Below are positions 38,881 through 50,086 of a stretch of 64,000 bases of DNA, piece after piece. This stretch comes from Isurus oxyrinchus (taxonomy: Eukaryota). The stretch is taken from positions 41,726,001 through 41,790,000 of the forward strand of contig JANJGN010000006.1 in NCBI GenBank assembly GCA_026770705.1. Direction: 5' to 3'. The notes below the pieces were generated by a model, which was given only the letters and a program-made list of their open reading frames with translations, did no database searches and was not told where the DNA came from. The number at the start of each line of letters is the position of its first letter. The stretch's first letter is position 1. The position numbers and the translations under genes were made by a program.

Positions 38881-41018
38881 TATAATGAACCTGTATAAAA
38901 CAGTGGTTCAGTTGGACTTTTGTGCCCAATTCTGGGCATCACACTTTAGGAAGGGTGTGAAGGCATTGAGGAAGGATCAGAAAAGATTCAGGAGATTGGT
39001 TCCAGAGATAAGGAACTTCAGTTATGAAGATAAATTTGAGAGGTTGGGACTGTTATCCTTGGAGAAGAGAAGGCTGAGAGGAGATTTGATAGGGGTATTC
39101 AAAATCATGAGGGGTCTGGACAGAGTAGAAAGGGAGAAACAGTTCCCTTTGGCAGAAGGATTGAGAACCAGAGGGCACAGATTTAAGGTGGTTTTCAAAA
39201 GAACCAACAGTGACATGAGACAAAGCGTTTTTATGCAGTGAGTGGTTAGGATCTGGAATGCACTGCCTGAGAGTGTGGTAGGGATAGATTCAAACATGGT
39301 TTTCAAAAGAGAATTAGATAAGCACCTGAAGGGAAATAATTTGCAGGGTTACGGAAGGTACTAGCTGAGTTGCTCTTGCAGAGAGGGGGCATGGATATGA
39401 TGGGCTGAATGGTCTTCTGTGCTATAGCCATTCTTGATTCTCTGTAGTGATCATGTTTAAAAAGGTAAAATAATTCAAAAGGATAGATATGGAGAAACTA
39501 TTACTTCTGGTGGAGGAATCTGAACAATAGCAACTAATATTTATAAAGCACCTTTTCTGTAATAGAATGGCCTAAGGTGCTTCTTAGAAGAATTATCAAG
39601 CAAAATTTTGACACCGAGCTACACAAGGAGATATTAGGGCAAATGACCAAAAGCTTGGTCAAAGAGTTAGGTTTAAAGGAACGACTTAAGGTGGGAGGGA
39701 GAGGCAACGAGGCGGAGAAGTTTAGGGAGGGAATTCCAGAGCTTAGGGCGTAGTTAGCTGAATGTATGGTCACCAATTGTGGAGCGAAGGCGACTGTGGA
39801 TTTTCAAGAGGCCAGAATTGGATTGTGCAGAGATCTTGATGGGGTTGGGGGTGGTTGCAAGATTGGAGGAATTTACAGAGAAATTATGGACAATTGAGAA
39901 ATGGCAGTAAAATGAAGAAGATTGCCAGATATATTGGAGGCATGGAATGACTAAGAGGCTGCATGCCAACTACCAGACTTCAGAACTGTACGTCTGATCA
40001 CAGAGCAGGCCAGGCACACACTGGCACTTAGAACATCACGACAAGGCTCAGCTGTGTCAAAACATTCTCCCACCCCCACTTAAAGTGTGGGCAAATTAAT
40101 TATCTTTCAATAGTTCTTCCCCTTTCCAAGATTAAATAATAGAAAGAAAGAACTTGCATTTATATAATACCTTTCAAAAGCTCAGGATGCCCAAAGCACC
40201 TTACAACCATGTAAAACTATGCTGATTATCCGTAAGTAAAATAGGTCTTACCAGCTAAGCCTTAATTTCATCCCAAATATGGCCTATTGATACTTTCCAA
40301 CAATGAATTTAAGCTTACTGGTCTGTAGTAACTCAGTGTTGCAGATTTTTCAGGTCATGCACTAAATATTCTCTTGGGGTCAGTGTCACTGACTACTTTA
40401 GCAGGTGGACTTCATGTACCTTATGATCTGAGGTGGACCTTTGCTGCCCAATATCTTGTTAACCAGTGGCATGACTCAGGGTGGTAACATTGAGCCCACG
40501 CCTATACCGGCTAGTGTAATCTCATGTGCATTCTTTGGCCTCTATGTTGTGAAGACTGAAAAACATTCAGTTGAAACATGGTTTAATTGGGTATGGTAGT
40601 GTTGTATCTAAAACATGGGGGCACAGTCTCAGGATAAGGGGCCGATCATTTAGGACTGAGATGAAGGGAAATTACTTCACTCAAAGGATTGTGAATCTTT
40701 GGAAATCTCTACCCCAGAGGGTTGTGAATGGTCCATCGTTGAATAGATTTAAGGCTGGGGTAAAGGGATTTTTGGTCTCTCAGGGAATCAACGGATATGG
40801 GAAGGGGAAAATGGGAAGCCCATGATCAGCCATGATTGCATTTAATGGTGGAACAGGCTCGACTGGTCATATAGCCAAGCTTGTTCCTATTTCTTGTGTT
40901 CATGTGTAGTTATGTTACTAGTATTAGAAATCCTAAGGTCTGCACTAATAATTGAGAGGCATATGAGTTCAAACCCATCATGGCAGCTTGGCAATTTGAA
41001 TCCAGTTTGAGAAATCTG

Positions 41019-44000
41019 GGGCAGAACTTTACAGCCTTCCACCGCCGGGTTTGCAGGCAGGGGACTCCATACAATTCTGCCAGTGTCTTGCCACATAATC
41101 ATCCACGCATAATTTGGCAGTGATTTTATGGGAGGGACAAATGTGGCTTATGGTGGCTCATCCACCCTCAATTAATGACCACTTAAGCACTACTCCTCGA
41201 CCGCAATTTTTAGGCTGGTGGAAAGAGGTCTGGGAGGGAGGGGGATGCCCAACAGGTCAGCCTGCTCAGGTGTCAGGGGTGGAAGAGGGGAGGCGCCTCC
41301 CTGGTGGGCCCGTTTCCCGATTGGGGACCTCCCCCAAGATTTTCTTTTTCATTCATGGGATGTGGGCTTCGCTGGTTGGGCTGGTATTTATTGCCCATCC
41401 TAGTTGCCCTTGAGAAGGTGGTGGTGAGCTGCCTTCTTGAACCACTGCAGTCCTTGTGATGTAGGAACCCACAGTGCTGTTAGGAAGGGAGTTCCAGGAT
41501 TTTGACCCAGCGACAGTGTAGGAACAGCGATATATTTCCAAGTCATGATGTGAGGGAATTGGAGGAAAACTCCCAGGTGGTGGTGTTCCTGTTTATCTGC
41601 TGCCCTTGTCCTTCTAGCTGGTAGTGGTTGTGGGTTTGGAAGGTGCTGTCTAAGGAGTCTTGGTAAATTCCTGCAGTTCATCTTGTAGGTGGTACACACT
41701 GCTGCTACTGTGCGTCAGTGGTGGAGGAAGTGAATGTTTGTGGATGTGATGCCCATCAAGCAAACTGCTTTGTCCTGGATGGTGTCAAGCTTCTTCAGTG
41801 TTGTGGGAGCCGCACTCATCCAGGCAAGTGGAGAGTATCCCATCACAATCCTGACTTGTGCCTTGTAGATGGTGGACAGGCTTTGGGGAGTTAGGAGGTG
41901 AGTTACTCATCGCACGATTCCTAGCCTCTGACCTGTTCTTGTAGCCATAGTATTTATATGGCTAGTCCAGTTCAGTTTCTGGTCAATGGTAACCCCCAGG
42001 ATGTTGATAGTGGGGGATTCAGTGATGGTAATGCCATTGACCATCAAGGGACAATGGTTGGATTCTCTCTTGTTGGAGATAGTCATTGCCTGACACTTGT
42101 GTGGCACGAATGTTACTTGACACATGTCAGCCAAAGCTTGGATATTGTCCAGGTCTTGCTTCATTTGGACATGAACTGTTTCAGTGTGTGAGGTGTTGCG
42201 AATGGTGCTGAAAATTGTGCCATCATCAGTGAACATCCCCACTTCTGACCTTATGATGGAAGGAAGTCATTGATGAAGCAGCTGAAGATAGTTGGGCCAA
42301 AGACACTACCCTGAGGAACTCCTGCAGTGATGTCTTGGAGCTGAGATGACTGATCTCCAACAACCACAATCATCTTCCTTTGTGCTAGGTGTGACTCCAA
42401 CCAGCGTGGAGTTTTCCCTCTGATTCCCATTGACTCCAGTTTTGCTAGGGCTCCTTGATGCCACACTCGGTCAAATGTTGCCTGTCAAGGACAATCTCTC
42501 TCACCGAACCTCTGGAGTTCAGTTCTTTAGTCCATGTTTGAACCTTGGCTGTAATGAGGTCATGAGCTGAGTGGCCTGACAGAACCCAAACTGGGCTTCA
42601 ATGAGCAGGTTATTGCTAAGCAAGTGCCGCTTGATAGCACTGTTGATGACCCCTTCTATTACTTTACTGATGATGAAGAGTAGATTGATGGGGCGGTAAT
42701 TGGCTGGGTTGGATTTGTCCTGCTTTTTGCGTACAGGACATACCTGGGCAATTTTCCACATAGCTGGGTAGATGCCAGTGTTGTAGCTGTACCAGAACAG
42801 CTTGGCTAGGGGCACAGCAAATTCTGGAGCACACATCTTCAGTACTATTGCCGGAATATTGTCAGGGCCCATATCCTTTACAGTATCCAGTGCCTTCACA
42901 TGGAGTGAATTGAATTGGCTGAAGACTGGCATCTGTGATGTTGGGGACCTCCGGAGGAGGCCGAGATGGATCATCCACTCAGCATTTCTGGCTGAAGCTT
43001 GTTGCAAATGCTCCAGCCTTATCTTTTGCATTGATGTGCTGGGCTCCCCCATCATTGAGGATGGAGATATTTGTGGAGCTCCCTCCTCCTGTGAGTTGTT
43101 TAATTGTCCACCACCATTCACAACTGGATGTTGCAGGACTGCAGAGCTTAGATCTGATCAGTTGGTTGTGGGATTGCTTAACTTTGTCTATCACTTGCTG
43201 CTTATGTTGTTTGGTATGCAAGTAGTCCTGTTTTATAGCTTCACCAGGTTGACACCTCATTTTTAGGTATGCCTTGTGCTACTCCTGGCATGCCCTCTTG
43301 CACTCTTCATTGAACCAATTCCTTTGGCTTCTTGATAATGGTAGAGTTGGGGTTACACCAGACCATGACAGATTGTTACAGATTGTGTGCAAGTACAAAT
43401 CTGCTGCTGCTGATGGCCCACAGCGTCTCATGGATGCCCAGTCTTGAGTTGCTAGATCTTTTTCAAAATCTATCCCATTTAGCACAGTGGTAGTGCCACA
43501 CAACACGATGGAGGGTATCCTCAATGTGAAGGCGGGACTTTGTCTCTGCAATGGCTGTGCAGTGGTCACTCCTACCAATACTGTCAAGGACAGATGCATC
43601 TGCAGCAGGCAGGTTGGTGAGGATGAGGTCAAGTATGTTTTTCCATCTTGTTGTTTGCCTCATCACCTGCCACAGGCCCAGTCTAGCAGTTATGTCATTT
43701 AGGACTCGGCCAGTAGTGGTGCTACCGAGCCACTCCCGATAGTGGACATTGAAGTCCCCCACCCAGGGAACATTCTGAGCCCTTGCCAGTGCTTCCTCCA
43801 AGTGATGTTCAACATGGAGGAGCACTGATTCATCAGCTAAGAGAGGGTGGTACTTGTTAATCAGCAGGAGGTTTCCTTGCCCATGTTTGACCTGTTGCCA
43901 GGAGACTTTATGGGGTCCAAAGTCGATGTTGAAGACTCCCAGGGCAATTCCCTCCCATCTGTATACCACTGTGTTGCCACCTCTGCTGGGTCTGTCCTGC

Positions 44001-44737
44001 CGGTGTCTGGGACATTATCTGTAATAAGGTTTGATTCTGTGAGTATGACTATGTCAAGCTGTTGCTTGACTAGTCTGTGAGACAGCTCTCCCAATTTTGG
44101 CACTAGCCCCCAGATGTTAGTAAGGAAGACTTTGCAGGGTCGACAGGGCTGTTGTCATTTCCGGCACCTAGGTCAATGCCAGGTGGTTCATCTGGTTTCA
44201 TTCCTTTTTTGTGTCATTGTCGCAGCTTATTACAACTAAGGGGCTTGCTAGGCCATTTCAGAGGGCATTGAGTCAACCACATTGCTGTGGGTCTGCAGTC
44301 ACATGTAGGCCAGACCAGATAAGGGCCAGATAAAACCCTAAAAGATGGGTTTTTACAACAATCGACAATGGTTTCATGGTCATCATTGGACTTTTAATTC
44401 CAGATTTTTATTGAATTCAAATTCCACCTTCTGCCATGGTGGGATTCAAACCCCGATCCCCAGAGCATTACCTTGGGTCTCTGGATTACTAGTCCAGCAA
44501 CAATACCACTACACCATCACCTCCCCCGCCACTACCCCTCACCAGGTATCCCGATGGCCAGCAGTTCTATGAGCAGGACGTCTTCCTGAGATGGAGGTGG
44601 AAGTCTTGACTCCAACCAATTAACGCTCCACAGAGCTTTAAATAGCTGCAGGGCTGCTGTCAGGAGCTGGGATGTGTTCCTCAATGATTTATTTCGATGA
44701 CGGGTTGGTAAATACTGCCATCTGAAAAGTTCTGCCC
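41019..44737. mobile_element. Harbinger/PIF-like MITE, interrupted by a LINE
   Basis: Perfect 12-bp TIR GGGCAGAACTTT / AAAGTTCTGCCC with 3-bp TSD CTG on both sides; it splits a SINE (40910-41018 and 44738-44910). Confidence 0.75.
41345..44525 (-). mobile_element. CR1-group (Zenon-like) LINE, apparently full length (~3.2 kb), tRNA-derived head, single degenerate EN-RT ORF
   Basis: DIVILTES, GDFNVH, LDLILTN, GRSDH (APE); NYRPINLL, GVPQGSVFGP, FTDD (RT); A/B boxes at 44516-44505 and 44452-44441. Confidence 0.85.
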
Positions 44738-47700
44738 CTGGAAATAAAATAAAAAGTTGGCATCAGTAAAAATAACAATGAAGTTGTCAAATCATCAAAA
44801 CCCAGCTTATTCACTACTACCATCCTTACCTGGTATGGCCTGTACGTGACTCCAGTCTTACAGCAGAGTGTTTCTCTCTTAACTGCTATCTGAGATGGCC
44901 TAACAAGCTCTCCCTCCATTTCAGGTATCATGCCCTAAGAGGGTGCTGGCAATGATGGACTGCCATTGGATTGGCCCGTGATTACACTTGGCAAAGTACG
45001 ACAGTGGTTTGCTGTTGCCTTCTACAGTACGGCTGACTAGGAAACTCTCCCTCTCTTACAGCCTGCCATCAATGCATTGAAAGGAGTTACAGCCTGATAA
45101 TCAACCTGTTTGACCACATTATGAACGCGCCTTCCTTGGCCATCATCCTGAAGTGGGATTTGAATCCGGAGCTCCTGGCCTATAGGTAGGGATGCTACCA
45201 CAAGACCTCCCCCAGTTGTGTCAAACTACTAAATGCAATGATTCAAGAAGGAGATCCACTACCAGCCTCTCAGGGCAATTAGGGATTGGTAATAAATGCT
45301 GACCTTGTCAGTGTTACCCAAATTCCAAGAATGTTTTTCATAAGGTTGATTTACTTCACATAAATAATGTGCAAAATAATTTCCATCCTCCTCATACTCC
45401 ATAAAAACAATAGAAATGTAACTCTGCCATCATTCCAGGTGTAAACTCCCTTTTGAGTTGGCTAGTCTCAAACTAACAAGTAATGTTGCAGGTCCTATGC
45501 ATGCATCCTTGAATCTGTTTGCCCAGACATGAGAGAGACAATTATTGTTTTTGGCCTCACCCTCAATTGTGCCTGGAAAGGAGATTGGCCACCAAACTGT
45601 CAATCAAAATTAGCAGTTTGAACTAAATACTTTAATTTAATGGCTAGTAACATTCATGCTACTAGCCTCCTGGTTAGCTGAGCCCCTGTAGGGTACATTG
45701 AGTGAACAGCATTCCAACACGATATTGAATAACGCTTACATTTCAACCTAAGAATCTTACTGGCTCAAAGTTAAAGTAATGTGCAGCAGTAAATGGTCGA
45801 GTGCTTGAAAAACCCTTCAACCAACCATTGTCATTTTGCTGATGTTAAATGTTGAGTGAAAAATCTTTTACCTCTGGGCATTAACCTTCTACAAGCTGCA
45901 TCAAAACTTAAACATAAATTGAAACAAAATCCCTCATGTCCATGCAGGTAAAGACCCAAAAGTACTACATCTTTATCGCTTTTTGAACAAAGGCATGGCA
46001 TTGGCAAACCTCCAACCCTGTGCCACAACTTTCAATGTTTGAAAGCTGTGTTGGGAGCCTCTGCTATGTGCTTACTGACTTCCCTTAGCATCCCAGTATC
46101 ATGTCCACTTTCACTTCCACTAATACATTCAATGCTATTTTGTATCAGTAACTATCTTATCTAATTCTTGCTGCTCTTTCAATCTTTCATTCCCACTACC
46201 ACACAGTTCTATAAGTACTGATACCAAGTCCTCAATCAGTATCTCCAACAATCTCCTTTGCCCACTATCAGATATCCTTTTCATCTTTAACTAGCCTTGC
46301 CTTTTCCTTAGATATTTTACTCATTGTATGTTTAGAAAGTAATTCAAATGTAAGAAAGAAAGACTCACAACTATGTGGTACATTTCATGAGCTAAGAACA
46401 CCTTGAAGCACTTTACAGTCATTGAAGTAGTTTTTTTTTGTAATGCAGTAACCACAATAAAGTACCAATGACAACAACTTGACAAGGACTGGGTAATCTG
46501 TTTTGTTGATGTTGGTTAAGGGGTAAATATGGCCAGGACACTGGAGAGAACCTTCCTGTTCTTCTTCAGATAGTGGCTTTGAATCTTTTATGTCCACCTG
46601 AGAGGGCAGACAGGGCCTTGGCTTAATGTCTTATTTGAAAGATGGCATCTCTGACAGTGCAGCACTCCCTTAGTATTGGGTTGGAAGCGTCATCCAAAAT
46701 TATTTGTTCAAATATCTAGAATGGGACTTGAAAATTGAAATATAACTCTTACGCACAAAAACACAAGTATTAGGAGCAGGAATAGGCCATTCAGCCCCTC
46801 AAGTCTGCTCTGCCATTCAATAAGAACATGGCTGATCTGATTGTAGCCTTAACTTTCCTGCCTGCTAACACACCACCGACCCCAAACCCTAGAACCCATA
46901 ACTCCCTCATCAATCAAAACTGTCTAACTCAGCCTTGAATATATTTAATGAACCTGCCTCCACTGCTCTCTGGAGAAGAGGATTTCAAAGACTAACAACC
47001 TTCTGAGAGGAAAAAAAAAATTCTCCTCATCTCCAACTTAAATGGGAGTCCCCTTATTTTTAAATTGTGTTCCCTAGTTCTAATCTCTCCCACAAGAGGA
47101 AACATCCTCTCAACATCCACCTTGTCAAGTCCACTGTCAAGTCCCTTCTGGATCTTATATGTTTCAATAAGATCATCTCTCAAACTCCAATGGAGACAGG
47201 CCCAACCTGTCCAACCTTTCCTCACAAGATGACCCCTTCACCATAGGAATCTGTCGAGTGAACCTTCTCTGAACTGCTTCTGATGCAATTATATCCTTTT
47301 TAAGTAAGGAGGTTAAAACTGTACACCACATGTGGTCTAACAAAAGTCCTGACAGCTGTAGCATGAATTAGGAGCAGGATTAGGCCATTTGGTCCCTCAA
47401 GCCTGCTCTGCCATAAGATCATGGCTAATCTGCTTGTGGCCATAACTCTACTTTCCTGTCTACCCCCTATACCCTTTGGCTCCCTTGGCAATCAAGAATC
47501 TATCTAACTCAGCCCCAAAGTATTTTTTAAAATAATTTTAGTTTGAAGGTTAAAAGGTTAAATATAGATAAATGGGTGCATTTGGCTAAGAAACTGATAA
47601 GCAACCCTGAAGTATATATAATTTGAATAAGCTTGAAGTTAATTACACTCTAAAGCTAATCTAAATTTAAATTACGAGGTTAGAGAGAGGAGTAAACACT

Positions 47701-49357
47701 TAAACAATGGATGATCCATTCTTAAGACTTAGGTGAAGCCACTTACTTCAATAAATGACTCACTATGTTTGGAAATTTCAAATGAAAGAACTCTGAAAGA
47801 AGCTTTACAAGCATAAGGATTTCTTTGTGGGCCAAAGAGTCAGGAGAATGGCAATCACATTCATTTGTAATATAAAATTTTAATATGGATCTCAGAATCA
47901 AAGGGGAGTTTACAAGCAGGTTGTAAACAGGGAAGATTGTAAAATCTATTAACTCCTTCAGATAACTGAAGATTTTTTAAGATGGGAAAATTAATCTAAA
48001 GTTTATTTGAGTACATCCCACATATGCCACACTGTCATGGAGATAAACTGTGGGAGGTTCTTTTGTTTACTTTATCTGGGTATTTGCTCTAAAGGCAGTT
48101 TACTTGCAGTTTGGGCACTGGCAGCCTGCAGTTCACTGAGAGGAGATAGCCAAAGCCAAGGTTTTATTTCTCTTTCAATGTTAATGGTTCCTGACATGAT
48201 TGTAACACTTCTTACCAATTTAATTTAAAACCACTGTTATCTCTATGTATCCCTACCCTTACATTACCTAACCCTTATATTACCTACTTGCCTCACTTCA
48301 TCAAGTTACAGTGTTGGTTAGTGTGTGTGTGTGTCTGTCTACATGCAATAAGAGAAAATGTTATCATTGCACATCAGAAAATCAGCATTTATGAAACAAT
48401 GGTTAACACTTTGCATGTAAGACTTGACCATTTTCGAGGCTGAATGATCTGCTGCGTATACCCAACACTTAAAATTTTTATTTGACTTTTTCAATTTCCT
48501 TTTATTCAAATTAGGATGAAACAAACCTAATTTTTTGCAAATTCTGAATTGTTAAGAAAATAAAGGTCTTGTATTTTATTAAACGCCTTTCAGGGCCACA
48601 GGGGGTCCCAAAACACTTTAAGGTCAGTGAAGTGTTTTTGAAGTTTAGACACTTGTAATTAATTGTGTAACCGACAGTCATTTTGCACATAGCAAGCTCC
48701 CATAAACAGCAATGCAATAACGACCAGGTAATCTGCTTTTGTGATGCAGATTGAGGGATAAATATTGGTCAGGACAATGTATTTGTTTTATGTAGTATCG
48801 GACCTGGTGTATTCTTTGCTTTGATTTAAAATTTCAGATTTGCGGAATGTAAAATTTTGCTTCTATATTGAGGATTTTGGCCATGCCCTTTTTGTAACAC
48901 TCAAAATGGCTGCCGGTAAAGTGCTCAGTCCGACGTCATCAGAAACCGCTCTATCCCGCTGACGGGATGGAGCGGGGTAAGTGTGCGCGGCGCAGCGCGG
49001 CAAATGGATCGGCGCGTAAACGCGCTCCTGTTCTGTTCACTGTTCCTTGGGATTGGGCAAAACATGCTGGCGGAAAGGGGAGGGGAGAGGGAGGCAGGAT
49101 CCAAAGGGATCAGAATGCGCATGCGCTAAACATGACACAAGGCGGAACCGCGCAGGCGCGAAACTGTCGCCGGTGGAGTTTGAAAAAGAGAAGGGGCGGG
49201 GTCTGGCCAACCTGTTGACAGTTTTGGGGGTGTGGTTTGTGTGGCTGTGTGACGTCATTGGCGCAGAGAGGAGGCAGGCCGAGCGCCAGGTTAATTCGGA
49301 AAGAAGGGGAGGGGGCGGGATCTGGAGGACTCCTCGCCAGATCCCGTCCCCACCCAT

Positions 49358-49456
49358 TCCCAGACCCCGCCCCCTCCCCTTCCCCAGACCCCGCCCCTCC
49401 CCTTCCCCAGACCCCGCCCCTCCCCTTCCCCAGACCCCTCCCCTTCCCCAGACCCC
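49358..49456. repeat. ~23-bp C-rich tandem repeat (about 4 copies) containing GC boxes
   Basis: CCCAGACCCCGCCCCTCCCCTTC repeated; G-rich on the minus strand. Confidence 0.85.
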
Positions 49457-49628
49457 CAATCTGGTCTGGCGAGGAGGCGGGATCTCGCGAAGAATGCGCA
49501 TGCGCCTAGAGGTGGGGTCGTTACAGCGCTAACCGTCAGTGAGTGGTTCCTGTGGTGACAGCGGAGTGAGCGGCGGTAGCAGCAGTAGCATCGTTGTCTG
49601 GAGCGTCTTCCCCGAGCCGTCCGCAGCC

Positions 49629-49658
49629 ATGGAACGAACGGCGCGGTTTAAATTCTAA
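49629..49658 (+). promoter_or_regulatory. Candidate uORF MERTARFKF* upstream of STRN
   Basis: GCAGCCATGG strong Kozak context, 9 codons then TAA, out of frame with the main ATG; depends on the TSS lying upstream. Confidence 0.5.
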
Positions 49659-49831
49659 CGGCCGGCCCCGCACGCGCAGCCAACCAGAGGAATAGAAGGG
49701 CCGGCGGGAGGATCGGCCGACGAGCTGACCGGGTCGGACAAGGGGGCGGGCGGGGCGGCGTCACCGTCACCGCGGTCGCAGTCGTCGGCGTGGAGGCCGA
49801 GGCGACGGACGAAGGGTTTTGGGGCCCAGCC

Positions 49832-50086
49832 ATGGACGAGCACCCGGGAGCCGGGGTGTTCTTCGGCAATAACTCGGTGCTGAGCGGCGGCGGCGGTGTG
49901 GGGGCAGGAGGCGGAGGCCCGGGGATCGGCGGCAGGAACCTGCAGCAGCCGCAGCAACCGGGAGCCGAGGGGGAAGCTCAGAGGCCGCAGTACAACATCC
50001 CGGGGATCCTGCACTTCCTGCAGCACGAGTGGGCCCGCTTCGAGGTGGAGAGGACGCAGTGGGAGGTGGACAGGGCCGAGTTGCAG
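49832..50086 (+). CDS. STRN: Striatin, first coding exon
   Basis: GCCATGG start; [14 protein letters not shown]...[33 protein letters not shown]|gtaaat. The GVFF-NN N-terminus and [14 protein letters not shown] are STRN-type; HEATR5B-STRN adjacency is known in human. Confidence 0.92.

Larger units (their letters stand above)
29030..39445 (+). mobile_element. CR1 LINE ORF2 (outer element), split at ~31073/38211 by nested insertions
   Basis: Endonuclease remnants 29200-30000. RT runs to ...VYMDFQKAFDEMP at 31070 and resumes NRLVSEVDAHG at ~38211, then GVPQGS and RRLRGDLIGVFKIM. Confidence 0.85.
48900..49831 (+). promoter_or_regulatory. CpG-island promoter / 5' UTR of STRN
   Basis: Sharp CpG enrichment. 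YY1-like AAAATGGCTGCC (~48903), NRF1 TGCGCATGCGC (49116, 49495), CRE TGACGTCA (49250) overlapping a reverse CCAAT, GC boxes, TCTCGCGA (49483). No TATA seen. Confidence 0.85.
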
